Source: Microcystis aeruginosa NIES-2549 (lineage in GTDB: Bacteria > Cyanobacteriota > Cyanobacteriia > Cyanobacteriales > Microcystaceae). Taken from it: DNA of 32,000 nt. The stretch spans positions 780,001 through 812,000 of the forward strand of contig NZ_CP011304.1 in assembly GCF_000981785.2 (NCBI RefSeq), read 5' to 3'. Position numbers and translations under genes: made by a program. Below, piece by piece: positions 1-9,855 of the stretch. The notes beneath the pieces are model-generated. The model was not told the origin of the DNA, ran no database searches, and saw only the letters and a program-made list of their open reading frames with translations. Each line of letters opens with the position of its first letter. Position 1 is the stretch's first letter.

Positions 1-1553
1 GTTATCTGGGATTGGATGCTAGTGCAGAAAAGCAGTGGACGAAAGAAGATGTCACCTTTGTGCGGTTGGTGGGAGAATTAATTGCGATCGCACAAAGTAG
101 ATATGAAGCGGAAAAAGAATTAAAAGAGGCTAAGGAAACGGCAATTAAAGCAAATAAAGCTAAAAGTGAGTTTCTAGCTAACATGAGCCACGAATTACGC
201 ACTCCTCTTAATGCTATCTTGGGTTTTACTCGCTTAATATCCCGGGATAGCAGCATCAGCAGTGAATATCGCCAATATTTGGAAATTGTCAATCGTAGCG
301 GGGAACATTTACTAGAGTTAATCAACGATATTCTAGAAATGTCGAAGATAGAAGCGGGAAGAACGGTTTTTAATCCTAGTAATTTCGATTTATACGCTCT
401 TTTAGATAATATTGCCGAAATGCTCCGTCCCCAAGCGCAAGCAAAAGCTTTAAGCTTAATTTTTGATCGCAGCTCCGATCTGCCTCAATATATATGTACT
501 GATGAAAGCAAATTGCGACAGGTGTTAATCAATCTCTTGGGTAACGGATTGAAGTTTACCGAGTCGGGAGGGGTGACTCTCCGGGGAAAAGTAGGGGAGA
601 AAAGAGGAGATTATCAGCGATTGCTCTGGGAAATTGAAGATACAGGCGCAGGAATCGCCCCAGAGGAGATTTATAAGCTATTTCAACCCTTTAACCAAAC
701 GGAAACGGGACGAAAATCCCAACAGGGGACAGGATTGGGTTTACCTATCAGTAAAAAATTTGTTGAGTTGATGGGGGGTGCGATCGGAGTTAGTAGTATT
801 CTGGGTCAAGGAAGTGTTTTTAGTTTTGATATTCAGGTGGGTTTGGTGGGGGAAAATGAGATTAAAACCGAAACCAATAGGGCAAAAGTTATCGCTTTAG
901 CCGAAAATCAGCCTAAATATCGCATATTAGTCGTCGATGATCGACCGGAAAGCCGTTTACTGTTACTGAAACTCCTGACTAGCCTAGGATTATCCGTGCA
1001 AGAGGCTGCTAATGGTCAAGAAGCGATCGCAATTTGGCAAGCATGGCAACCTCATCTTATCTGGATGGACATGAGAATGCCAGTGAAAGACGGTTACGAA
1101 GCAACCAGGGAAATTCGGCAGTTAGAGGCTGATAATCGCGGAAAAACGGTGATAATTGCCCTAACTGCCAGCGCTTTTGAAGAGGATCGCGCCTTGGTTA
1201 TTGCCGCCGGTTGTGATGATTTCGTGCGTAAACCTTTCCGAGAGGAATTTATCTGGCAAAAAATGAGCGAATATCTGGGATTAAAATATATTTATGCCGA
1301 TAATGAGCCAAATCAATCCAATTATTCGCCAGTTTTCCTCGATTCCCTGCAATCCCTATTAAAATTAATCAGTCCCGACTGGATTAGACAATTGCAACAA
1401 GCGGCGCGAGAATGTGATGATGAAAAAATTATCGCCCTAACCGCCGAAATTCCCCCCGATTATGCTACCCTTGCCCAAGGTTTACAACAGTTAGCCAGAG
1501 AATTTTCCTTTGATGCGATCGAAACCATAATTAGAGATTTAAACATATCTTAA
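1..1553 (+). CDS. hybrid sensor histidine kinase / response regulator, 5' partial (frame is open to the window edge; TTG at 12 is only the ORF caller's start)
   Basis: H-box SHELRTPLNAILGF. HATPase_c boxes LINLLGNGLKFT, EDTGAGI, GTGLGLPISK. These are followed by a receiver domain (ILVVDDRPESR ... MDMRMPVKDGYEAT ... ALTASAF ... VRKP). The preceding residues look like the end of a GAF/PAS-type sensor module. Confidence 0.9.
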   Translation, partial: YLGLDASAEKQWTKEDVTFVRLVGELIAIAQSRYEAEKELKEAKETAIKANKAKSEFLANMSHELRTPLNAILGFTRLISRDSSISSEYRQYLEIVNRSGEHLLELINDILEMSKIEAGRTVFNPSNFDLYALLDNIAEMLRPQAQAKALSLIFDRSSDLPQYICTDESKLRQVLINLLGNGLKFTESGGVTLRGKVGEKRGDYQRLLWEIEDTGAGIAPEEIYKLFQPFNQTETGRKSQQGTGLGLPISKKFVELMGGAIGVSSILGQGSVFSFDIQVGLVGENEIKTETNRAKVIALAENQPKYRILVVDDRPESRLLLLKLLTSLGLSVQEAANGQEAIAIWQAWQPHLIWMDMRMPVKDGYEATREIRQLEADNRGKTVIIALTASAFEEDRALVIAAGCDDFVRKPFREEFIWQKMSEYLGLKYIYADNEPNQSNYSPVFLDSLQSLLKLISPDWIRQLQQAARECDDEKIIALTAEIPPDYATLAQGLQQLAREFSFDAIETIIRDLNIS

Positions 1554-1627
1554 GAGAGTATTTTATCTAGATCTCAAAAACGTGATATTCTAAAGGCATA
1601 AATCCCTAAATATCACAATTTTAAAGG

Positions 1628-2089
1628 ATGAAACTGTTAAAAATGCTCATCGGTACTTGGTTAATACTACCGATTTTTTCTGTTCATGCTCAAGTTCCCT
1701 CGCTGCCCCCAATTAAGCAAAATTCCCCCAATCTTGGTGATCTACCGAATAATCCCACCCAGCAGAAAAATTGGCTTTGTAACCAAGGAGATCAACGCAT
1801 TGCCGTGGCTGCCAAAGAAGTGCAAGGTTGGAAAGAATTAATTGAAAAACAAGGTTGGCAATGTCGTGAAGGAAATGCCGATATACCCGCTCAAACTCTC
1901 GGCTTTTCCTGCGAACCAGAACAAACCCTCGGCATCTTGACAGTTTACTGGTTAAATGGTAGTAATGGTCAACAACAATTAAGCCAATGGCGAGATAAAT
2001 TAGCAGCACAACAGGGGATGGTTTGTACCATTAATAACGTGCGGTTATTCGATACTCAAGAAAATATACCCAACCCATTACAACCATGA
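1628..2089 (+). CDS. hypothetical secreted protein (N-terminal signal peptide, 4 Cys)
   Basis: The ORF starts MKLLKMLIGTWLILPIFSVHAQ, a hydrophobic h-region with an AxA-like cleavage site. Its stop overlaps the next start (ATGA at 2086-2089). I recognise no family. Confidence 0.6.
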   Translation: MKLLKMLIGTWLILPIFSVHAQVPSLPPIKQNSPNLGDLPNNPTQQKNWLCNQGDQRIAVAAKEVQGWKELIEKQGWQCREGNADIPAQTLGFSCEPEQTLGILTVYWLNGSNGQQQLSQWRDKLAAQQGMVCTINNVRLFDTQENIPNPLQP

Positions 2090-2727
2090 TTAAATTAGCA
2101 ATTTTGCCTCAATCTATTCTCCTGGGTATCAGTTTACTATTAAATAATTCTCTGCCCTTACTTGCCCAATCTACACCCCTGAGCGTCGATAATTTAAGAA
2201 ATACCGTCTATAACATTCCCAATCGAGGTTCCGTAATTGTCAGCGATGGTATTTTTCAATCTAACGAAGGACCAATTTTAGGAGTGCAAGTTAGTCGAGA
2301 AGCTTTGATGGGGGACTATAATAATGATCAAAGGACTGATGGTATTGTCGTATTAAGAGTGATTACTAGAAATCAACAGCAATTACATTATTTAGCCCTA
2401 GTGATTGATAATAATGGTACTGCCACTAACACCGATACTGTCCTGTTAGCCGATCGAGTAATTGTCGATAATCTGAGTGCTAAAGATGGTATGATCACCG
2501 TCAATATGAGAAGATTTCTCCCCCGGGATCCTTCCTGTTGTCCGTCGGGAGTCATTACCCAACAATTTGCAATCAATCCTAGTATTAATCAATTGACTTT
2601 ACTGAGTACCAACGAAAGTCAACCCACCACCCCAAATGTGCAGGTAATACCTGGTTCTCCCCTGAGAATTAATAATAATAATCTCCCCTTTCAACCTCCC
2701 GCTGGAGCCATCCAAATCCGCTTTTAA
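2086..2727 (+). CDS. hypothetical secreted protein
   Basis: Signal-peptide-like N-terminus MIKLAILPQSILLGISLLLNNSLPLLAQ. It is translationally coupled to the upstream ORF by a 4-nt ATGA overlap. I recognise no family. Confidence 0.6.
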   Translation: MIKLAILPQSILLGISLLLNNSLPLLAQSTPLSVDNLRNTVYNIPNRGSVIVSDGIFQSNEGPILGVQVSREALMGDYNNDQRTDGIVVLRVITRNQQQLHYLALVIDNNGTATNTDTVLLADRVIVDNLSAKDGMITVNMRRFLPRDPSCCPSGVITQQFAINPSINQLTLLSTNESQPTTPNVQVIPGSPLRINNNNLPFQPPAGAIQIRF

Positions 2728-2737
2728 CCTTGTTTTT

Positions 2738-2766
2738 GGTGCGTTACTAACGCACCCTACCTTTTT
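2738..2766 (+). terminator. candidate intrinsic terminator after the two secreted-protein genes
   Basis: Palindrome GGTGCGTTA-C-TAACGCACC (2738-2756) is followed by CCTACCTTTTT with a T-run at 2762-2766, 11 nt after the stop at 2727. Confidence 0.4.
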
Positions 2767-2778
2767 CCTTAACAAAAA

Positions 2779-4743
2779 ATGACCTACAAATATCCCATCC
2801 AACGCTGGTATATTGCCGCGACTAATCCCGAAAAAATTGAGGGTTTAGCGCGGGAAATGGGACTATCATCGTTATTAGCAACTATCTTAATTAATCGCGG
2901 TATTGATACCCCCGAATTAGCTAAAACTTATATAGATCCTGAAGCGGATACCTTACCCTCTCCCCTGGGAGAATTTCCCGACTTAGAAAAAAGTGTCAAT
3001 TTATTAGTAAAAGCGATCGCCAGAGGCGATAAAATTGCTATCTGTGGGGACTACGATGCCGACGGCATGACCAGTACATCTTTACTGTTAAGAGCCTTGA
3101 GACATCTCGGTGCTAGGGTAAATCATGCCATACCCAGTCGCATGAAAGAGGGATACGGAATTAATCAGCGCATTGTCGAAGAATTTGCCGAGTCGGGAGT
3201 CGGATTGATTCTCACCGTTGATAATGGTATTTCCGCTCACGAACCGATCGCCCTAGCGATAGAATTAGGATTAAAAGTTATTATCACCGATCATCACGAT
3301 CTGCCGCCAATTTTACCAAATGCCTCCGCTATTCTCAACCCGAAATTATTAACCCCGAACTCTCCCTATCAGGGATTAGCGGGGGTGGGAGTCGCCTATA
3401 TTTTAGCGGTGACAACTGCCCAAAAAATGGGTAAATTACAGGGATTAACCGAGTCATTATTAGCATTATTTACCCTAGGCACTATAGCAGATTTAGCCCC
3501 ATTAATCGGGGTAAATCGTCGCTGGTTAAAACGGGGTTTAAGAAAATTACCCAAATCTCAATTAGTCGGCATTCAATCCCTGATGCAAATAGCGGGAATT
3601 AGCGAGGAACAAAAGCAATTACAACCGGATGATATTGGCTTTAAATTAGGACCGAGAATTAATGCCATTGGCAGAATTGGTGATCCCCAGATAGTTATTG
3701 AATTATTAACCACCGATGATGCCGGAATTGCCTTAGAAAGAGCGATGCAGTGCGAACAAATTAATCGTACCCGTCAAGAATTGTGCGAAAAAATTGAAGA
3801 AGAAGCGATTAAATTGGTCGAAGAAACTCCGATTCTTTGGCAAAAAGATCGAGGTTTAGTTTTAGTCGAAAAAGATTGGCATCATGGGGTAATTGGTATT
3901 GTGGCCTCCCGTTTGGTGGAACGCTACGGAGTGCCGGTTTTTATTGGTACTTACGAGGAAGAAGATACGGGTAAAATTCGCGGTTCTGCCAGAGGAATTG
4001 AAGAATTTCACGTTTTTGAAGCCCTGCAATTTTGCCAAGATTTACTAGGAAAATTTGGCGGTCATAAAATGGCGGGTGGTTTTAGTTTACCCACAGCTAA
4101 TTTACTAGCATTTAAACAAAGATTAAGTCAATTTTCTCACAAAATTTTACAAATAGAACAATTAAAACCTTTAATCAAAATTGATACTATCCTAGACTTT
4201 AAACAAATAAACCTGCAACTTTTTCAACAAATTGATAGTTTGCAACCCTGGGGAATTGGGAATGAATTACCCGTTTTTTGGACTCCTAACGTGCGAATAG
4301 TAGAACAGAAAACTATCGGAAAAAATCATTTAAAATTATTGCTGGCTCAAAGGGATGATACCAGAATTCAAGCCCTAGCTTGGCGTTGGGGCGAATATTG
4401 TCCTTTACCAACTCGTTTAGATATTGCCTATAAACTCAAAGAAAATACCTGGAATGGTAATACAACCATAGAAATTGAATTAGTGGGAGTGCGATTACCC
4501 CAAGAAAATGATAATATTAAAAAAGCAATTTTTATGCACGCAGATAAAATGTATCAATGTAGTTTTTGGGCTGATTTAAACGAGATTCGCATCAAAAATG
4601 AACAGGGCGATATTTTAGTCGTCCAGAAAGGCCAGCGCATTGGTTTATTAGGCAAAAATCGACAACAAGCGAGAGAAGTCAACGTGACTGAACCCCGTTT
4701 TTATACTTTAATTAAAGTTGCCATCAAAGCTTTGGCTATCTAA
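2779..4743 (+). CDS. recJ: single-stranded-DNA-specific exonuclease RecJ
   Basis: DHH-family motifs: IAICGDYDADGMTS, LILTVDNGIS, VIITDHHDL. DHHA1 motif GGHKMAGGF. 654 aa, typical RecJ length. Confidence 0.93.
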   Translation: MTYKYPIQRWYIAATNPEKIEGLAREMGLSSLLATILINRGIDTPELAKTYIDPEADTLPSPLGEFPDLEKSVNLLVKAIARGDKIAICGDYDADGMTSTSLLLRALRHLGARVNHAIPSRMKEGYGINQRIVEEFAESGVGLILTVDNGISAHEPIALAIELGLKVIITDHHDLPPILPNASAILNPKLLTPNSPYQGLAGVGVAYILAVTTAQKMGKLQGLTESLLALFTLGTIADLAPLIGVNRRWLKRGLRKLPKSQLVGIQSLMQIAGISEEQKQLQPDDIGFKLGPRINAIGRIGDPQIVIELLTTDDAGIALERAMQCEQINRTRQELCEKIEEEAIKLVEETPILWQKDRGLVLVEKDWHHGVIGIVASRLVERYGVPVFIGTYEEEDTGKIRGSARGIEEFHVFEALQFCQDLLGKFGGHKMAGGFSLPTANLLAFKQRLSQFSHKILQIEQLKPLIKIDTILDFKQINLQLFQQIDSLQPWGIGNELPVFWTPNVRIVEQKTIGKNHLKLLLAQRDDTRIQALAWRWGEYCPLPTRLDIAYKLKENTWNGNTTIEIELVGVRLPQENDNIKKAIFMHADKMYQCSFWADLNEIRIKNEQGDILVVQKGQRIGLLGKNRQQAREVNVTEPRFYTLIKVAIKALAI

Positions 4744-4778
4744 GTAGCTGGTTATAATTAAATTAAAAATCGATTTTA

Positions 4779-4856
4779 GGTTCGATCCCCCCTGCCCCCC
4801 TTAATAAGGTAGGGTTGATTCATGAATCAACCCTACCCTTGATAACGGGGGTGTCT
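4779..4856. repeat. nested palindromic (MITE/REP-like) intergenic element downstream of recJ
   Basis: Perfect 30-nt palindrome GGTAGGGTTGATTCA|TGAATCAACCCTACC (4808-4837) is embedded between imperfectly complementary arms CCCCCCTTAATAA / CTTGATAACGGGGG. The left arm GGTTCGATCCCCCCTGCCCCCCTTAATAAG recurs in reverse orientation inside the giant ORF at 25975-26005. Confidence 0.7.
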
Positions 4857-4911
4857 GATAATTTTTAACGCCTACCTACTTAGCAAAACCTCCAAAAAAA
4901 GCGCCTTGACG

Positions 4912-6045
4912 ATGAACCAAACCATAGTGATCAAAATCGGTACTTCCAGTTTGACCGATAATCAAACCGGCCAATTATCCCTCTCCACGATCGCCGCTTT
5001 AGTGGAAGTCCTCACCCGGTTGCGCGCTGCCGGTCATCGGGTGGTATTAGTATCTTCCGGGGCCGTGGGGGTGGGCTGCCGTCGTCTGGGAATACAGGAA
5101 AGACCGAAAAAAATCGCCCTCAAACAAGCGATCGCAGCCGTCGGACAAGGTCGTCTGATGCGGATCTATGATGACCTCTTTACCAGTCTTGGTCAACCGA
5201 TCGCCCAAATTTTGCTGACCCGTCCCGAATTGATGGAACGCACCTGTTATGTCAACGCCTATAATACCTTTCAGGCTTTGTTTGAATTAGGGGTAATTGC
5301 CATTGTCAACGAAAATGATACGGTGGCGATCGATGAGTTAAAATTCGGCGATAATGACACTTTATCAGCCCTTGTCGCCAGTTTAATCGAGGCTGACTGG
5401 TTATTTATCCTCACCGATGTGGATCGCCTCTACAGTGCCGATCCGCGGCTATTTCCCGAAGCTGCGGCCATTGCCCGAGTTAGTCCCGCAGAATTAGCGC
5501 AACTATCGATCGATGCCGGTAGTAGTGGCAGTCAGTGGGGGACCGGGGGTATGGCGACTAAATTGGCCGCGGCCCGGATTGCCACCAGCGCCGGGGTAGA
5601 AATGGCGATTACTAGGGGAGGGCAGCCCAGCAATATCTTAAAAATTATGGCAGGAGAGGCGATTGGAACCCGTTTTGAGGCCCAAAAACGCAGTGATAAC
5701 GCCCGCAAACGCTGGATCGCCTACGGACTAATGCCCATGGGTAAAATCTATCTCGATGCCGGGGCGATTCAAGCCATTTGTCAGGGGGGAAAATCTCTCC
5801 TCGCGGCCGGAATCACCAAAGTGGAGGGGGAATTTAGCGCCTCGGAATCGGTGCAATTGTGCGATCAAGAAGGCCGGGAAGTGGCCCGGGGAATTGTTAA
5901 TTATAGTAGTGAGGAGATCGATCGAGTTAAAGGTCAACATTCCGAGCGTATTGCCAGTTTATTGGGTTATATGGCTGCAGAAACCATTATTCATCGGGAT
6001 AATCTCGTCATTTTGAGTGCCTCGTCCACCAACTCGACTAAGTAG
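4912..6045 (+). CDS. proB: glutamate 5-kinase (with C-terminal PUA domain)
   Basis: [12 protein letters not shown]-terminus. Amino-acid kinase motifs [26 protein letters not shown] and [12 protein letters not shown]-like tail GKSLLAAGI...ARGIVNYSS. The ORF track starts at TTG 4906; I prefer the in-frame ATG at 4912. Confidence 0.92.
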   Translation: MNQTIVIKIGTSSLTDNQTGQLSLSTIAALVEVLTRLRAAGHRVVLVSSGAVGVGCRRLGIQERPKKIALKQAIAAVGQGRLMRIYDDLFTSLGQPIAQILLTRPELMERTCYVNAYNTFQALFELGVIAIVNENDTVAIDELKFGDNDTLSALVASLIEADWLFILTDVDRLYSADPRLFPEAAAIARVSPAELAQLSIDAGSSGSQWGTGGMATKLAAARIATSAGVEMAITRGGQPSNILKIMAGEAIGTRFEAQKRSDNARKRWIAYGLMPMGKIYLDAGAIQAICQGGKSLLAAGITKVEGEFSASESVQLCDQEGREVARGIVNYSSEEIDRVKGQHSERIASLLGYMAAETIIHRDNLVILSASSTNSTK

Positions 6046-6074
6046 TCGTGCAAAATAAATTTCCTAGTGAAGAT

Positions 6075-6102
6075 AGGCAAGAGGCAATAGGCAAGAGGCA
6101 AA
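6075..6102. repeat. heptanucleotide tandem array (AGGCAAG-type, 4 units)
   Basis: aggcaag aggcaat aggcaag aggcaaa, read directly. Lies in the intergenic region after proB. Confidence 0.85.
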
Positions 6103-6336
6103 AGCTTTATCGAAATGTGTAATTAATTTTGCCTAGGTACTTAATAAGGGATAATTCCGCCACCCTGAGCAAGTCCAGCCAATGCCTTAAATGTAAAGAA
6201 ATGTCTCAAAAAAACAACAAATTGTTAGACAAGCAAGAGAGTTAGACTAGGGATGTCCCCCGAAGTTCAACCCTGTGAGATTATAAATAAAGCGAAACTC
6301 AAAAATGTCTTTATTGCTGTTGGGAGAAACTTAATA

Positions 6337-6846
6337 ATGCGAGACGCGGTAACTAGCCTGATTAGAAAATACGATGTCACCGGACGTTATCTCGATCGAG
6401 ATGCGATCGATAATCTTAAACAATATTTTGCCTCGGGAACTGCCCGTCTAGCTGCCGCCGCCCTCATTAACGCTAATTCGGCGGCGCTCGTGCGTGGGGC
6501 GGCGATTCGTCTATTTGAAGAAGTTCCCGAATTGATCCGCGCTGGGGGTAATGCCTACACCACCCGTCGTTATTCTGCCTGTCTGCGGGATATGGATTAC
6601 TATCTCCGCTATGCCAGTTATGCCCTAGTAGCTGCTGATACTAATGTTCTAGATGAGCGGGTGCTGCAAGGACTGCGGGAAACCTATAATTCCCTCGGTG
6701 TTCCCATCGGTCCGACGGTGCGCGGTATCCAAATCATGAGCGAAATGATTCAAACCATGGCTACTGAGGCGGGTATTGCCGACACCTCTTTGATCGCTGA
6801 ACCCTTTGATCATCTCACTCGCGAATTAAGCGAAGTCTCTATCTAA
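6337..6846 (+). CDS. apcF: allophycocyanin beta-18 subunit (phycobilisome core)
   Basis: MRDAVTSLIRKYDVTGRYLDRDAIDNLKQYF... with the bilin-attachment context NAYTTRRYSACLRDMDYYLRYASYA and YNSLGVPIGPTVRGIQ, characteristic of the ApcB/ApcF lineage. The start is moved to internal ATG 6337, preceded by GGGAGA at 6322-6327. This gives a canonical 169-aa product rather than the 197-aa ORF from 6253. Confidence 0.85.
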   Translation: MRDAVTSLIRKYDVTGRYLDRDAIDNLKQYFASGTARLAAAALINANSAALVRGAAIRLFEEVPELIRAGGNAYTTRRYSACLRDMDYYLRYASYALVAADTNVLDERVLQGLRETYNSLGVPIGPTVRGIQIMSEMIQTMATEAGIADTSLIAEPFDHLTRELSEVSI

Positions 6847-6849
6847 ATT

Positions 6850-6901
6850 CAGTTATCAGTTATCGGTTAGGAAAGGCAAGAGGCAACAGGCAAGAGGCAA
6901 G
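6850..6901. repeat. two adjacent heptanucleotide arrays (CAGTTAT x2-3, then AGGCAAG x4)
   Basis: cagttat cagttat cggttag gaa aggcaag aggcaac aggcaag aggcaag, read directly. Lies between the convergent genes apcF and ruvX. Confidence 0.85.
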
Positions 6902-6909
6902 AGTATTTA

Positions 6910-7388
<479 letters not shown>

Positions 7389-7389
<1 letters not shown>

Positions 7390-8630
7390 TACACTGGATG
7401 CCCCTGATCGGGGGGTTCCGAGGGCGGTTTAACTGGGGGAAGTTCCCCCGGACTGTCGAGGGAGTCCAGGGGGGGATTATTGGGCCATTTTAACCAAGAC
7501 ATCCGACTAGGGATAGGAGTTCGCGGCACCGATTGTAAACCCTGCAGCATTTCTGCTAGGGCGGAATTTTCCGGCTTAGTTTCGCGAATTTTGTGCCATA
7601 CCGAGCGCGACATCATCAGGGTGTGGGAACTGCGGATCGCTCCCAATTGTTCCAGATATTCCCGTCTTTCGTGCTGATAATCAGCAGATATCAACTCTAG
7701 CGAGCGAGGGGGATACTTGCGAGTGATCTGGGCCATCTGGATTAATAACTTAGGATAGAGCCAAGTGTAGGCGGGATGGACAATTAATTTCGCTTGATGG
7801 GGTCGCTCATCTTGGTTAGATAGGATTAATTCAAAATAACCGATCGCCGCTTTTCGTTGTGGTTCAAAAACGTAACCGCGACTAATTTGCGGACCGCCGC
7901 ACCAACTCTGACAGCGACCGAACAAACTATCAACTAAACTGATTTTAAAATCCTGGATATGGCGATCAAATACCTGACGCAGTAGCGGCGGCATAGACAC
8001 ACAATCTAACTGATAAAGTAATTGAGCGTCAGCATTGCTCACGGGCAGTAAATTCGGTAAATCTGCCTCTTGTTTGCTCAATTCCTGTAATAATTGCGGC
8101 GGTAAAGACCAATAGGTTAATTCCGCTAAAGGCTGAAAACCGTGTTGCCGGAAAAGCGCCAAACTGTCCTTTTGATTGATATTAACCTCTAACACCCAGG
8201 TGCGGGCTTCCCAAACCGTTTCTAGACAATAACGCAGTAATTGCGCCCCGATACCCTTGGGTTCGCTTAAAGACTCCCCCGGATGCACCCGCACCTGTTC
8301 CACCCGCCAAGTGCTGCGACTACTATTAAAAGGGGTGACTTGGATGGCCCCGCGAATTTTCCTTTCTTCTCCCCGATCCGCCGTAGACTCAGCCACATAG
8401 ACATGAAAACGGTGTTGGAGAGGATTGGGAAAAAGACTGAGAATTTTAAACAACCCAAACCAAGGACGCACCCGTTGCACCTGCGTGCGGAAATTTTGGG
8501 CGCGACGATCGATATCCTCATCGAAGTCATCTAGGGTTAAAGCTTCAATGTCTTCCAAATCCCGATATTGTACGGGACGGATTGGGCGATCGCTAAAATC
8601 GTCCCCTTGGGGAACAGGAGAAGTGGTCAT
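7389..8630 (-). CDS. GNAT-family N-acetyltransferase-domain protein (413 aa)
   Basis: The N-terminal half has a GNAT-like core (IRGAIQVTPFN...WRVEQVRVHP...GIGAQLLRYCLE...WVLEVNINQKDSLALFRQHGFQP). Its stop overlaps the ruvX start by 1 nt (TAATG on the minus strand at 7387-7391), which suggests an operon. Confidence 0.7.
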
Positions 8631-8842
8631 GGCTCTGGGGTAAATATTGTCTATGCACCTATCTTACAGCAGAATCTAGAGGCACTTCCCCACCAATAAC
8701 AATTTCTGAGGGATCATAGGGGACCACCACAGAAAGAACACCTCGATCGGTAGCTGGGGTTTTTTGGGCCAAATTTCCGATCATGACAATTCGATGCTAC
8801 AATAACGGACGGTTAATCAGTCCGAATTTGCAGTAAAAGTCT

Positions 8843-9349
8843 TTGAGTCAATCTGTAGATACCACTAACACCCTAGACACTCTAGCTCAAGAACTAGCCG
8901 CCATTCAGCAGACCGGTTCTAAGCGCGTCGCCTTATTGGGTTCCCGTCACGTTCCCATCACACACCAGCAATTGATCGAAATGATGGCCTATGCCCTCGT
9001 GCTGGGGGGCAATCGGATTATGACCTCTGGGGCGACGGGAACCAATTCCGCCGTCATTAAGGGGGCAATGCGGGCAGATCCTAATCTGTTAACCGTGATC
9101 TTACCCCAAAGTCTCGATCGCCAGCCCCTGGAATCCCAAGAACAACTCCAGCAGGTTATCCATCTGGTGGAATGTCCCGAAAATGACCATCTATCCCTAG
9201 GGGAAGCCAGCAGCCTCTGTAATCGCGAGATTATCAATCGTTGTCAACAGTTAATCTGTTTTGCTTTCCACGACAGTCAAACCCTTTTGCAAACCTGCGC
9301 GGAAGCGGAAGATCAACGCAAGCTAGTTACCCTATTTTATTTTGACTAA
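8843..9349 (+). CDS. DprA/Smf-like Rossmann-fold protein (DNA recombination-mediator A family)
   Basis: LLGSRHVPITHQQLIEMMAYALVLGGNRIMTSGATGTNSAVIKGA resembles the DprA/LOG-type G-x-x-G nucleotide-binding core. The start is TTG at 8843, with no in-frame ATG before residue 47, so the start is uncertain. Confidence 0.55.
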   Translation: MSQSVDTTNTLDTLAQELAAIQQTGSKRVALLGSRHVPITHQQLIEMMAYALVLGGNRIMTSGATGTNSAVIKGAMRADPNLLTVILPQSLDRQPLESQEQLQQVIHLVECPENDHLSLGEASSLCNREIINRCQQLICFAFHDSQTLLQTCAEAEDQRKLVTLFYFD

Positions 9350-9357
9350 ATTCAGCG

Positions 9358-9765
9358 ATGAATCTCTCCGTCAGTGCCATTCTTCTCTATTCGATAGTGG
9401 CCGCCGCTATCTCTGTCTATCTACCTTTTCTGCTGGTCGCTTACGCTAGAGCTAAGGTGGGTTACAATACCTCCGCTCCCCGGGCCATGTTCGACCAACT
9501 CCCAGACTACGCTAAACGAGCAACTTGGGCCCATCAAAATGGTTTTGAAACCTTTATGATCTATAGTGCCGCCGCTCTCATGGCCTACGTTACAGGAGTC
9601 TCCTCATCCTTGGCTGCTAACTGTGCGATCGCTTTTGTGATCCTCCGGCTTCTATTTTCCCTTTTTTATATCACTAATGTCCCGATCGCTCGTTCCCTGA
9701 TGTTCGGCCTTGGTTCTCTCTGTACTTATACTCTCTTTGGGTTGAGTTTAATCAAGATTCAGTAG
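9358..9765 (+). CDS. MAPEG-family integral membrane protein
   Basis: 135 aa with ~4 hydrophobic segments. The motif context ...APRAMFDQLPDYAKRATWAHQNGFETF... is typical of bacterial MAPEG proteins. Lies 8 nt after the preceding gene. Confidence 0.65.
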   Translation: MNLSVSAILLYSIVAAAISVYLPFLLVAYARAKVGYNTSAPRAMFDQLPDYAKRATWAHQNGFETFMIYSAAALMAYVTGVSSSLAANCAIAFVILRLLFSLFYITNVPIARSLMFGLGSLCTYTLFGLSLIKIQ

Positions 9766-9801
9766 AATTCCCCAAACCAGATGCAGGAGAGTCGAAAAAC
9801 G

Positions 9802-9846
9802 CTATAGTTCGGGAGCGGTAAAGAAGTTGCTTAACCCGAACTATAG
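9802..9846. terminator. hairpin between convergent genes (possible bidirectional terminator)
   Basis: 12-bp perfect stem CTATAGTTCGGG (9802-9813) / CCCGAACTATAG (9835-9846) with a 21-nt loop. It sits between the stops at 9765 (+) and 9856 (-). There is no strong U-tract, so this is tentative. Confidence 0.4.
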
Positions 9847-9855
9847 TTAATTCTG

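Noticed and set aside
2-325. Minus-strand 107-aa ORF at the window start. Other internal or antisense ORFs are 1713..2009, 2388..2576, 2599..2802, 5728..5940, 5756..6016, 7238..7432, 7480..7677, 8267..8643, 8989..9237, 11298..11507, 11764..12013, 12516..12707 and 13887..14084.
   Set aside because: Each overlaps a longer ORF with clear family signatures or better coding character. None has recognisable motifs.
4779-4795. GGTTCGATCCCCCC resembling a tRNA T-arm, raising the question of a tRNA or tRNA-derived attachment site
   Set aside because: No acceptor stem, D-arm or anticodon arm can be built from the flanking sequence. The motif recurs as part of the palindromic repeat family at 25991-26005.
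6253-6336. 28-codon N-terminal extension of apcF in the ORF track (MSPEVQPCEIINKAKLKN...)
   Set aside because: Allophycocyanin-family proteins start at MRDAVT/MQDAIT-type N-termini. The internal ATG at 6337 has an upstream GGGAGA and gives the canonical length.
8631-8842. A 212-nt intergenic region upstream of the DprA-like gene, containing GCTGGGGTTTTTTGGG, considered as a small RNA or terminator
   Set aside because: I could not find a convincing stem preceding the T-run, and no conserved RNA motif is recognisable.
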